A stretch of DNA of 32,442 nucleotides. It comes from an uncultured archaeon (GTDB lineage: Archaea > Asgardarchaeota > Lokiarchaeia > Sigyniarchaeales > SOKP01). Where the stretch lies: assembly GCA_964632315.1 (NCBI GenBank), contig CAZWEM010000011.1, positions 70,182-102,623 on the forward strand. The letters run 5' to 3'. Below, in pieces: positions 17,531 to 26,889 of this stretch. The notes beneath the pieces are model-generated. The model searched no databases. It saw nothing but the letters and a program-made list of their open reading frames with translations, and was not told the origin of the DNA. Made by a program: the position numbers and the translations under genes. Within the stretch, counting starts at the first letter, position 1. Every line of letters starts with the position of its first letter.

Positions 17531-19549
17531 ATGACTGAATCAACAAAAGAAATTAAAGTAAGTAGAAACACAAAACCTAAAATTGGTGTTTATGTATGCC
17601 ATTGCGGAGTGAATATAGCAGGGGTTATCGACGTCGTCAAATTAAAAGATTATGCCTTAACTTTACCCGATGTTGTTTTAGCTAGAGAATATAAATTCAT
17701 GTGTAGTGATAACGGACAGAAATTGATCCGCGATGATATTGAAGCGGGATTGATTAATAGGGTTGTTGTTGCTGCTTGCTCCCCTAGAATGCATGAGCCA
17801 ACCTTCAGGTTAGTTTGTAAAGAAGCGGGGCTAAACCAATTTCTCTTTGAACAAGCTAATATTCGCGAGCATGCTACTTGGGTAAATATGTATGACTCGG
17901 AAGGAGCCTATGATATTGCAAAGGATCACGTGAGAATGGCAGTTGCGAAAGCACGAAGATTATTACCACTGGAGGTACAACGGGTGAAAGTTGAGCCTTC
18001 TACTCTCATTATAGGTGGTGGAATTGCAGGGATGAATGCTGCTTTAGATCTCGCAGATGAAGGTTATAAAGTATATTTAGTAGAGAGAACACCAACTATC
18101 GGAGGTCACATGGCTCAATTAGATAAAACCTTTCCAACAATGGATTGTTCAGCGTGTATCTTGACCCCAAAAATGGTAGATGTTGGGAGAAAAGACAAAA
18201 TTGAAATACTAACTTACTCAGAAGTGGTTGATGTATCTGGATATGTCGGAAATTTTGAAGTAACAATAATGAAAAAACCACATTATGTCGATCAAGAAAA
18301 ATGTACTGCTTGTGGTGCGTGTGTAGAAAATTGTCCAATTACAGTTGGGAATGAATTCGATTTAGGTATGGCAACTAGAAAAGCAGTTTACATTCCCTTT
18401 CCCCAAGCTGTACCTGGACAGTATACTATAGATATGAATGCTTGCGTAAAATGTGGAATATGTGCTCGACCTGATGTGTGTGAACCAGGTGCTATAAATT
18501 ATGATGATAAACCAGAATATATGAAAGTAAAAGTTGGCACAATCATCGTTGCAACAGGTTGGGATTTATATGACCCTACAGAGTTGAAACAATATGGATA
18601 CGGAAGATTTCCAAATGTGATTAATAGTTTACAAATGGAACGGTTATTATCTTCCTTTGGTCCCGTTTTAGGGAAGCCCGTGAGACCTTCAGACTTAAAA
18701 GCCCCCCATAAAATTGCCTTCTTACAATGTGTAGGAAGTAGAAACTTTAGAGAGGGAGGTCATACCTATTGTTCAAGAGTGTGTTGCATGTATGCTACAA
18801 AACAAGCCAGACAATACAAGGAAAAACATCCAGATGCAGAAGTATATATTTTTTACATGGATATTAGAGCCTTTGGTAAAGGATATGAAGAATTTTATGA
18901 ATCTGCATCTGAAAATTATGGGATTAATTATATAAGGGGGAGAATCGCTGAAGTATATGAAGGAGAGAATCACAATATTATAATACGATCCGAAGACACA
19001 CTTATACAAACACCGATTGAATTAGAAGTAGACATGTTCGTACTATCTTGTGGTCTCGAGGCTTGCGCCGATGCAGGAGAAGTAGCAAGTTTGTTGAGCG
19101 TTCAGAGGTCTGCCGATGGATTCTTCATGGAAGCACATCCAAAACTGAGACCGGTTGATACATTAACAGATGGAATTTTTGTTGCTGGAGTAGCTCAAGG
19201 TCCAAAAGACATTCCAGACACCGTAGCACAAGCTAAAGGTGCTGCTTCAAGTGCTGCAGCACTAATGTCTCAAGGAGAAGTAGAAATTGAGCCCTATTAT
19301 TCCGTTGTATTAGAACACTTATGCTCTGGTTGTCGAAGTTGTCAATCATTATGTCCATTTGGGGCTATAGATTTTGATGAGGTAAAGAATGTTGCCGTGG
19401 TCAATCCTGCATTATGCAAGGGATGCGGTACCTGTGTTAGTGCGTGTCCTTCGGGTGCAATGGTTCAAAATCATTTTGCGGGCTTTCAATTGGAATCAAT
19501 AATAAATGTCGCGGTCAAGCAATCTTCCATCGAAAATGGAGGAAAATAA
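17531..19549 (+). CDS. hdrA: Heterodisulfide reductase subunit A (FAD, Fe-S), Cys-type
   Basis: VYVCHCGVNI, ACSPRMHE, ANIREH, GGGIAG, KTFPTMDCSACI, inserted ferredoxin, QCVGSR, CSRVCC, GPKDIP, C-terminal 2x[4Fe-4S]. Confidence 0.96.
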   Translation: MTESTKEIKVSRNTKPKIGVYVCHCGVNIAGVIDVVKLKDYALTLPDVVLAREYKFMCSDNGQKLIRDDIEAGLINRVVVAACSPRMHEPTFRLVCKEAGLNQFLFEQANIREHATWVNMYDSEGAYDIAKDHVRMAVAKARRLLPLEVQRVKVEPSTLIIGGGIAGMNAALDLADEGYKVYLVERTPTIGGHMAQLDKTFPTMDCSACILTPKMVDVGRKDKIEILTYSEVVDVSGYVGNFEVTIMKKPHYVDQEKCTACGACVENCPITVGNEFDLGMATRKAVYIPFPQAVPGQYTIDMNACVKCGICARPDVCEPGAINYDDKPEYMKVKVGTIIVATGWDLYDPTELKQYGYGRFPNVINSLQMERLLSSFGPVLGKPVRPSDLKAPHKIAFLQCVGSRNFREGGHTYCSRVCCMYATKQARQYKEKHPDAEVYIFYMDIRAFGKGYEEFYESASENYGINYIRGRIAEVYEGENHNIIIRSEDTLIQTPIELEVDMFVLSCGLEACADAGEVASLLSVQRSADGFFMEAHPKLRPVDTLTDGIFVAGVAQGPKDIPDTVAQAKGAASSAAALMSQGEVEIEPYYSVVLEHLCSGCRSCQSLCPFGAIDFDEVKNVAVVNPALCKGCGTCVSACPSGAMVQNHFAGFQLESIINVAVKQSSIENGGK

Positions 19550-19550
19550 A

Positions 19551-19607
19551 CTCTTATTTTTTACTTTTTATCTTAAAATAAAATTTATCTTAGATAGGGC
19601 TTTTTTT
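19551..19607 (+). terminator. T-rich archaeal-type terminator region after hdrA
   Basis: T runs (TTTTTT, TTTTT) directly after the stop, and TATCT-T-AGATA followed by GGGC-T7. Confidence 0.4.
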
Positions 19608-19633
19608 AAATCACTTTAAAGTGTGATTTTACT

Positions 19634-20239
19634 TTGATGCAGAATATAATATTTGACTTAGGAAACGTTTTACTTACCTTCAAACCCGAAACTTTTTTAA
19701 TGAACTATACAGATAATCAAGAAACAATTAACTTTTTCATTAATAAGATCATCCGATCGCGTATTTGGTTAGAGATGGATAAAGGGATAAGATCGGTCAA
19801 ATCAGCACGATCCTTCTTTGTTCAAAAATTTAAGGATTATAAATTAATCATTAATATCTTTTTTGATAATTGGATGGACATTTTTAAACCAATACATGTG
19901 AATGTTGAAATTCTCGAGATGTTAGATAAAAAGGGGTATAATTGCTATTATTTATCTAATTTCATCGAAGAAGCTTATGATTTTGTTTATAATAAATTTT
20001 CATTCTTTTCTTTTTTCAAAGGTGGTATAATTTCTGCACTAGTTAAGATGATCAAACCTGAAAAACAAATTTATTTAGCCTTATTGAAAAAATATCAACT
20101 TGATCCCGAAAAATGTATTTTTATTGACGATATTGCAGGTTTCTTACGACCCGCTGAGAAGCTGGGTTTTAATACCATTCATTATACTCCTAAATGTGAT
20201 ATAAAAGAAAACTTAAAGCAATTAGATATTATATTTTAG
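19634..20239 (+). CDS. HAD-superfamily phosphatase (YihX-like)
   Basis: Motif I IFDLGNVL, LSN, KPEKQIY, FIDD...AEKLG. Confidence 0.9.
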   Translation: MMQNIIFDLGNVLLTFKPETFLMNYTDNQETINFFINKIIRSRIWLEMDKGIRSVKSARSFFVQKFKDYKLIINIFFDNWMDIFKPIHVNVEILEMLDKKGYNCYYLSNFIEEAYDFVYNKFSFFSFFKGGIISALVKMIKPEKQIYLALLKKYQLDPEKCIFIDDIAGFLRPAEKLGFNTIHYTPKCDIKENLKQLDIIF

Positions 20240-20250
20240 ACGTGGAATAA

Positions 20251-20880
20251 ATGCTAGATCATTGGTTAGCTAAATCCAAATTCAAAGTATCATACGAGAA
20301 ATTCATACAAAACCTTTTTCGAGACAAATTTACAGCAAATCAACTAACAATTAGTGGTCTCTTTATTGGCTTAATTTGTGCATTTTTCATTTTCTTAAGT
20401 GGACTATTTAAAGAATATTTCTTCTTGTTATACTTGATTTCAATTATAATGATGGTTATATCTTTTATTTTTGATACATTTGATGGACCTGTTGCTCGTT
20501 TAAGAGGAAAAACCAAATTTGGAGGTTATTTAGATATTTTTTGTGATAGATTAGTCGAAATCTCAATAATAATAGCCCTTGCAAGTACAAATCCAAATCT
20601 ATTGATGTATCCAGCACTTTTCTCATTGGGATCAATGGTGTTGTGTATATCAATATTCCTTCTATCTGGTATAGAATCTAATGTTAGTGAAGGAAGAGAG
20701 AAAATCAAAGTAATCTATTTCAAAAAAGGCTTCATAGAAAGATCTGAAACTTTTATCTTTCTATTACTAATAGATTTACTCTATGCATTGAGATCTATTC
20801 TTTTATGGATTTTTGCAATTTTAATCTTAATTACTGCTTTTTTACGTTTAATCAACGCATTTCGAGAATTAGGTACATAA
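20251..20880 (+). CDS. CDP-alcohol phosphatidyltransferase family protein
   Basis: TANQLT, signature DTFDGPVAR...GGYLDIFCDR, ERSET, and several TM helices. Confidence 0.9.
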   Translation: MLDHWLAKSKFKVSYEKFIQNLFRDKFTANQLTISGLFIGLICAFFIFLSGLFKEYFFLLYLISIIMMVISFIFDTFDGPVARLRGKTKFGGYLDIFCDRLVEISIIIALASTNPNLLMYPALFSLGSMVLCISIFLLSGIESNVSEGREKIKVIYFKKGFIERSETFIFLLLIDLLYALRSILLWIFAILILITAFLRLINAFRELGT

Positions 20881-20884
20881 TCAA

Positions 20885-20938
20885 TTCATACCTATGGATA
20901 CATTTATTTCGCATATGGGTGAATCATCCATAGATGAA
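20885..20938 (+). other. Long stem-loop just after the CDP-alcohol phosphatidyltransferase stop
   Basis: TTCAT/ATGAA, CTATGGAT/ATCCATAG and ATTTATTT/GGGTGAAT (with G-U pairs) stems around loop CGCATAT. Confidence 0.5.
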
Positions 20939-21071
20939 GTCAATTATAAGAGATTTTACGTTCAAGCAACATATGGAAATTAATGCTTGCATAATCTAGA
21001 CCTAAAATTTCTGTTTTTAATTATTTTATAAAAAAAATATGGTTTAAAATTCAAAAATTACTATAATTTTT

Positions 21072-22370
21072 ATGAATCATCAAGAAATATTAGATGAAGT
21101 GATTCAAGAAAATGAAGGTAAGATTGGTATAATATGTATCAACTGCCTTATTGTTAGACTTCGATTTAAGGAATTAGAAGAATTCACTTCTAAAAATAAT
21201 ATCATTTTACCTTCTGATAAACAATTAACAAAGTTAGATTATCTAGATCATATCATTGTTCATTATCATCAAAAAATTAAGGATGATCCTCAACTTCAAG
21301 AAAAATATCAAGATCATTTAACTTTCATTGCTGAGGAGCTATTAAGTGATAAAAATATACAAAAATATCTTTCCCGTTTCGACTTTATAGCTGTGCATGA
21401 GTTGATTGAAGCATTTGCTGATTATTGTGCAGATATGGGGATATCGGTATACGATACTTCATACATGGAGGAGGATGAATTTAATACCGACTTGTATCTT
21501 ATTAAAAAAAAACCATTTTTACGAATAGAGGCAGTTTTTGTGCGTACTGGAGCCCAAATGTCTAAAGAACAATACAAAAATACTTTTTATGTATTAAATA
21601 AAGCCTCAAAAATCGCTACTTGGACTGTTTTTGTAACCACTCCAAAAGGAGTTCATAATATTGGATTAAAAAGATTAATTACTGATATGGAAAAATTAAA
21701 CGTTTGGTTTTATGTGGTTGATCCCGTAGAACAAAGAGTATTAGGCATTACAAAAGGAAAAAAATCTAAAGATCAAGAAACTGATTTAAGGGATAAATAT
21801 CTTCGTAAAGTACCAAAAGAACCCATTCGAGCTCCTTCAAGGTTAGTGAATATATCGAATTACCAATTTAGTGAATCAGATTCTTATGATCCCAAGATGT
21901 TTACATTATATGGAATATTGCCCAAGCAAATTGCCATTAAAAGAGAGAAATTAATTGTTAGGAAACCGAAATACCGAGAGATTTTTCGAACATTATTGAT
22001 TATTAATAAAATTTCGGGTTTACCATTGATTACTCATTCTAGAGAAGATTTAAAAATTGATCAAGAGTTAATTTCGGGATTTCTAAGTGCCATGGATTCC
22101 TTCATTACTGAATTAAGTGGAGCAAGTGGAATGTCCGAAATAAATTATAAAGGATTTTATATTATTGGAGAAGTAGGAGATGCTGTAAAAGTTGCTTTAA
22201 TTCTTACAGAACCTGCTTCAAAAAGTTTGAAGGAAAGACTAATTTATTTTCTAAAAGATTTCGAAGATCGCTATGATGAAGAGATAAAAGTATTTTCAAA
22301 GACGGGGAATACAAAAGTTTTTGACGAGAATATAATAATCTCCGATATAAAGGACATTTTGGATGTATAA
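21072..22370 (+). CDS. Hypothetical protein: central restriction-endonuclease-like fold + C-terminal Asgard longin-like domain
   Basis: The C-terminus LLIINKISGLPL...DQELISGFLSAMDSFITEL...EINYKGFYI...FEDRY fits the Asgard longin pattern. The centre has DLYL...EAVFVR...VFVTT...WFYVVD. Confidence 0.75.
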   Translation: MNHQEILDEVIQENEGKIGIICINCLIVRLRFKELEEFTSKNNIILPSDKQLTKLDYLDHIIVHYHQKIKDDPQLQEKYQDHLTFIAEELLSDKNIQKYLSRFDFIAVHELIEAFADYCADMGISVYDTSYMEEDEFNTDLYLIKKKPFLRIEAVFVRTGAQMSKEQYKNTFYVLNKASKIATWTVFVTTPKGVHNIGLKRLITDMEKLNVWFYVVDPVEQRVLGITKGKKSKDQETDLRDKYLRKVPKEPIRAPSRLVNISNYQFSESDSYDPKMFTLYGILPKQIAIKREKLIVRKPKYREIFRTLLIINKISGLPLITHSREDLKIDQELISGFLSAMDSFITELSGASGMSEINYKGFYIIGEVGDAVKVALILTEPASKSLKERLIYFLKDFEDRYDEEIKVFSKTGNTKVFDENIIISDIKDILDV

Positions 22371-22468
22371 TACCATCAAATAAATATTTTTATTCCATAA
22401 ACAGAACTTATAAATATTTTTCTCAATATCTTAGTCCTATAAAAAATATTATATTTGGAATTAAGAAA

Positions 22469-22855
22469 ATGGTAAAAGAGCGTAAAGTTGGAATGTCTAA
22501 TGGTAAATTTTTTCCTTGCCATGAAAAGCAAACATGTGTTTCAACTCATGCAGATGAATCTGATGAATTGCATTACATTAAACCTATTCATTATCAGAGT
22601 TCAAAAGAGGAAGCCATGAATAAGATTGAAAATATCCTAAACTCCTTAAAAAGAACAAAATTAATTGAGAAACAAGATGATTACATGCGATATGAGTTTA
22701 TAACCCTATTTTTACGATTCAAAGATGATGTTGAATTTTATTTTGATGATAACTCAAAAATCATCCATTTCCGTTCTCAAAGTAGGATAGGGGGATATGA
22801 TTGGGGTACAAACCGTAAACGAATGGAAAAGATACGTAGATTTTACATGAATTAA
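22469..22855 (+). CDS. DUF1499 family protein
   Basis: PC...CVST, FKDDVEFYF, IHFRSQSRIGGYDWGTNRKRMEKIR. Confidence 0.85.
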   Translation: MVKERKVGMSNGKFFPCHEKQTCVSTHADESDELHYIKPIHYQSSKEEAMNKIENILNSLKRTKLIEKQDDYMRYEFITLFLRFKDDVEFYFDDNSKIIHFRSQSRIGGYDWGTNRKRMEKIRRFYMN

Positions 22856-23018
22856 ATTAATAATGACTTTTGCACCTTAAATCATTCTAAATGGCTCTAT
22901 AAGATCACTGGATTCAATGGACAATTATGCTCTTAAAAATAAGGTTAATTGAATTAATGAAATATAAAATATATATTAAAAAGAAACTTTACTTTAGATT
23001 TTAAATAGATAAAATATC

Positions 23019-23426
23019 ATGAGTGAAGAAAAAAAATTAATATTTGTATATAATGCCGATTCAGGTGGAATTTTTACTGGATTAAAAGACACCTTGCATA
23101 AAACATTTCGCAAAAGCACATACCAATGTAATCTTTGTGCAGTAACTTTTGGAGCGATTGGAATGAAAAAAGAATGGAAAAATTATGTTAATGATTTAGA
23201 CGTACCTGTAGAATTTAAAAATAAAGATAAATTTAAGTTTGAATTTCTCCATCGAGATGAGTTTAAGGAAAAGTATTTTGTAGAAAATGCAAAATTTCCA
23301 TCTGCATATCTACTGGATGGAGACTCGCTCCAATTATTCATTTCTCAGGAACATATGAATTCTGTTAAAAGCATCGATGAACTGAAAGACATAGTAGATA
23401 GTAAACTTGAAAAATTCGGAATCTAA
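23019..23426 (+). CDS. Conserved hypothetical protein (CxLC motif)
   Basis: LIFVYNADSG...TYQCNLCAVTFG...EWK...FLHRDEF resembles a widespread uncharacterised family. No P-loop is present. Confidence 0.75.
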   Translation: MSEEKKLIFVYNADSGGIFTGLKDTLHKTFRKSTYQCNLCAVTFGAIGMKKEWKNYVNDLDVPVEFKNKDKFKFEFLHRDEFKEKYFVENAKFPSAYLLDGDSLQLFISQEHMNSVKSIDELKDIVDSKLEKFGI

Positions 23427-23440
23427 ATCTTATCTAACAA

Positions 23441-24175
23441 TTAGGTTTTAATTTTTGATCGTTCTATTCTAGATAATCTATCAGCTAAAAAGAGTGGTTC
23501 TGGTTGTCGATTATTATTGGTGAGATAAAGTGCGATTTTGATTGCCAAATCAATATGAATTTTAAATCCCGGACTTATGAATACAGGCTTTTTGCTGTCC
23601 TCCAAACAAATTGCATAACCTAAAGCTTCACTCCCATCCATAACTAGTATTTTCTCTCCTTTAGATCTCTTTAGGGTTTTTAGATCAGAGACTCCTACGA
23701 AGGGATTTTTGGCAACTCCGAAAGTTGGAATATTTAAAGCAAAACCAAGATGGGTAGCTTCTCCAAATCTTCTTGGATGGATGATTCCATGACCATCGCA
23801 TATGATTATGTGTGGTTTTATAGTTAGCTTTTTCAAGCATTTTACGATTAGTGGCACTTCCCTAAAACCTAAATAACCTGGAACATAAGGAAAAGTGATT
23901 TGATCTTTAAAAAATTCTGCTTGTTTCATTTTATTGTTCTTAAAATCCCATTGAACAGCGCAAGCGATTCCATATTCGACATCATCCTTCAAATAATAGG
24001 AAATATCAACAGCAGTAATATATTCTATAAAATTCCATGACTTAATGGTTAATTTTTCTAATTCTTTCGTTTTAAAAAGATGAGAATATTTGATTTGGAT
24101 TTTTTCAGCTTCTGCTAAATCTTTCACTTGTTTTATAAGTTCTATTATTCCTTTATCATCATCTTGATTAAACAT
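23441..24175 (-). CDS. nfi: Endonuclease V (deoxyinosine 3'-endonuclease)
   Basis: AVDISY, FPYVPGYLGFRE, CDGHGIIHPRRFG, GVAK, PVFISPG, RQPEP. Confidence 0.93.
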   Translation of the reverse strand: MFNQDDDKGIIELIKQVKDLAEAEKIQIKYSHLFKTKELEKLTIKSWNFIEYITAVDISYYLKDDVEYGIACAVQWDFKNNKMKQAEFFKDQITFPYVPGYLGFREVPLIVKCLKKLTIKPHIIICDGHGIIHPRRFGEATHLGFALNIPTFGVAKNPFVGVSDLKTLKRSKGEKILVMDGSEALGYAICLEDSKKPVFISPGFKIHIDLAIKIALYLTNNNRQPEPLFLADRLSRIERSKIKT

Positions 24176-24313
24176 TGGTAGATAAAGATCGAATATTGAA
24201 AACTATAAATTCAAAGTACAGCTTATCTTTTAAAATTGAGTAGTTTTGTCAAAAAATATTAAAAGCCTATGATGATTAATAGTTCATGAAATAAACTAAT
24301 AAAATGATTTAAA

Positions 24314-24505
24314 ATGTTTCCAAAATCAATAATAGAAGGTCTTATAAATAATGATGTTTATATCTATATTCGCAACATCGACCGAGAATTTAGTGGAATA
24401 GTCCAAGAGATAACTAGTGACAACATTGTTGTTCTTAAAGATAAATATAATAACCTCATCAATATCCCAATTGATCTAATTGATGTAGTCACTGATAGGA
24501 GATAG
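24314..24505 (+). CDS. Small Sm/LSm-like beta-barrel protein
   Basis: 63 aa: short helix followed by beta strands VYIYI, EFSGIVQEI, IVVLKD, INIPIDLIDVV, matching Sm1/Sm2-like spacing. Confidence 0.6.
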   Translation: MFPKSIIEGLINNDVYIYIRNIDREFSGIVQEITSDNIVVLKDKYNNLINIPIDLIDVVTDRR

Positions 24506-24516
24506 GAATAATAGAA

Positions 24517-26601
24517 TTACACCCTGAAAGGGTTCAAATATTCAATCATTTTTTCAATTTCATTTGTTGGAGGTTTGCATGTCTTATTAACACATACGTA
24601 AGCTGTAGCCTTGTTTAAATATTTGTCAAAAAATTCAGTGTAACTTGCAATTTTATCAATGGAGGGTGGATCTTGCTCAGTGGCTCGATGAATTACCGTT
24701 TTATTTGGTAAAAATTTTTTTCTAATTGAATCAAGCATCATTATCGTGTCAGTTTCTCCACTATCGCCTGAGATGACTAAAGAAAAGGTCGGACCAATGG
24801 CGAAATCAACTGCTATCATTAAAAAAGTGTGTGCAGAAGGATTAATCTTCACACTTTCAGCAAATACACGATTTATCTCATCTGCCTTTATTTCGTATTT
24901 TGATTCACCCGTAATTTGAAATAGACGCAACAAATTCAACATTCCTACTGAATTTCCACTAGGTAATGCTCCGTCATAAATTTCTTTTTGTCGAGTAATT
25001 AATTCTTCACTATTTTCGGTACTAAAGTAAAAGCCCCCGATCTCCTTATCCCAAAAAAGCTCAAGCTGTTTTGATGTCAAATCGATTGCTTTAAAAAGAT
25101 ACGTTGTATCTAAAGTCGCTTCATATAATTCAATTAGTGCCCATATCAAAAACGAATAATCATCTAAAAATGCTTTTATCTCTGCTGATCCCTCTCGATA
25201 ACGATGCAAAAGATCACCCTTATAGTCTATCAAATTCTTAAATATGAAGTTAATAGCTTTTTGAGCTGCTTTTTTATACTTATCGTCCCCAAACACAAAA
25301 AAAGCCTTTGCTAAAGAGGCGATCATTAATGAATTCCAGTCAGTGAGAACTTTATCGTCTAAATGAGGTCTAATCCTATTTTCTCGTGATTTAAATAATT
25401 TCTTTCTTAGCTGTTCGATTTTAGTTGCTAATTCCTCTAAATTTGTATTTAAATCTTCTGAAATCATTTCTAAATTCTGAGTTAAATGAAGAATGTTTTT
25501 TCCAGTGTACTTTCCAGTAGATTCTTCCAGGAAATTTCCATCTGGTTTCACATTATAAACTATTTCAGTTAATTTAATTTCTTCTGGATCTAAAATTGAA
25601 GTTAATTCTTCTAGCTTCCAAGTGTAAAACTTTCCCTCTTCTCCCTCACTATCCGCATCTTCAGCTGAGTAAAAAGCTCCTTCTGGAGAAGTCATATCCC
25701 TTAATATATATTCGAAAATTTCTTCAGCTGTTTTTCGATACTCTGCGTTTTTAGTTGCTTGATATGCTTCGATATATGCCATTGCTAAAAGTGCGTTATC
25801 ATATAGCATTTTTTCAAAATGAGGTACTAACCACTCTCCATCAGTGGAATACCTATGGAACCCAAAACCTACTTGATCGAATATACCACCTTTCCGCATC
25901 TCTTGTAAGGTCTTTTCAACCATGAGTAATGCTTCAGTATTATTCTCCCTTCTATAAACGCGGAGTAAAAAGAGTAAATTATGAGGAGAAGGAAACTTAG
26001 GAGCTCCCCCAAATCCCCCATTTTCATTATCAAATCGAGATGATAATTGAGCATACGCTTTTTCTAAAGTTTTTTTGTTCAAACTCTCTCCAGGTGATTC
26101 TGAACTAACGTCTTGAAGAGCATATGTTATTCTTTCACTCGAGTTTATCAATTCTCTTCTCTGATTATTCCAAAGTTCCTTTATTTTTTTTATTAAATCT
26201 ATTATTCCTATCCTTCCAAATCGTGATTCTTTTGGAAAATAAGTTCCCGCGAAGAATGGTTTCTTATCTGGAGTCATTATTATCGTAAGGGGCCATCCTC
26301 CGGAGTTGTTCATGATTTGACATACTGTCATGTAAATTTTATCTATATCTGGTCTCTCTTCTCTATCTACTTTTATTGAAACAAACAAATCATTCATTAA
26401 TTGTGCAACATTTGGATCCTCAAATGATTCATGCGCCATTACATGACACCAGTGACATGTTGAATAACCTATCGATAAAAATATAGGCTTATTTTCTAAT
26501 TTTGCTTTCTGAAAAGCTTCCTCATCCCATGGATACCAATCTACAGGATTATTTGCATGCTGAAGCAGATATGGACTTTTTTCTGAGGATAAATTGTTCA
26601 T
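24517..26601 (-). CDS. Thioredoxin-domain protein, YyaL/SSP411 (SPATA20) family
   Basis: [70 protein letters not shown]. Confidence 0.93.
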   Translation of the reverse strand: MNNLSSEKSPYLLQHANNPVDWYPWDEEAFQKAKLENKPIFLSIGYSTCHWCHVMAHESFEDPNVAQLMNDLFVSIKVDREERPDIDKIYMTVCQIMNNSGGWPLTIIMTPDKKPFFAGTYFPKESRFGRIGIIDLIKKIKELWNNQRRELINSSERITYALQDVSSESPGESLNKKTLEKAYAQLSSRFDNENGGFGGAPKFPSPHNLLFLLRVYRRENNTEALLMVEKTLQEMRKGGIFDQVGFGFHRYSTDGEWLVPHFEKMLYDNALLAMAYIEAYQATKNAEYRKTAEEIFEYILRDMTSPEGAFYSAEDADSEGEEGKFYTWKLEELTSILDPEEIKLTEIVYNVKPDGNFLEESTGKYTGKNILHLTQNLEMISEDLNTNLEELATKIEQLRKKLFKSRENRIRPHLDDKVLTDWNSLMIASLAKAFFVFGDDKYKKAAQKAINFIFKNLIDYKGDLLHRYREGSAEIKAFLDDYSFLIWALIELYEATLDTTYLFKAIDLTSKQLELFWDKEIGGFYFSTENSEELITRQKEIYDGALPSGNSVGMLNLLRLFQITGESKYEIKADEINRVFAESVKINPSAHTFLMIAVDFAIGPTFSLVISGDSGETDTIMMLDSIRKKFLPNKTVIHRATEQDPPSIDKIASYTEFFDKYLNKATAYVCVNKTCKPPTNEIEKMIEYLNPFRV

Positions 26602-26889
26602 ACTAAGAAAAGAAAGAATTGACTATATCAATATACACATGATAAATTATAGATGTTAGTTTTGGTTCGTTTTAATTATAAAATTATATTCCTAATTTTT
26701 CTTGAATCATTATTTGCTTAATAATTATGATTGGATCAGGTAAACCTTTTCCATAGTTGATTTAATTTTTTGAAAAGTTTCATCATTCTCTCCTGATAAG
26801 AAATAAATATGATATGTATTTAAAATAAAAAATTTTTTACGTTAGAAATTTTTAATTTACAATAGTAGTTGTGAGGTAAAATATTTTTT

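Noticed and set aside
14481-19009. Minus-strand ORFs 14481-14675, 14780-15058, 16463-16747, 18096-18338, 18773-19009
   Set aside because: Antisense to the LRR and hdr genes.
15950-19549. Evidence for methanogenesis
   Set aside because: HdrABC is widespread in non-methanogenic anaerobes, and no mcr or mtr genes are in the window.
17531-19630. Selenoprotein HdrA with a 3' SECIS (also considered for the peroxiredoxin)
   Set aside because: No in-frame TGA in either gene; the relevant codons are TGT/TGC. I see no AUGA/GA SECIS core downstream.
20885-20938. The hairpin as a SECIS element or tRNA fragment
   Set aside because: No tandem GA quartet in the stem, no cloverleaf or T-loop, and no nearby UGA-containing gene.
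23019-23426. A second GTPase (this family is sometimes labelled that way)
   Set aside because: No GxxxxGK(S/T) P-loop, DxxG or NKxD motif in the sequence.
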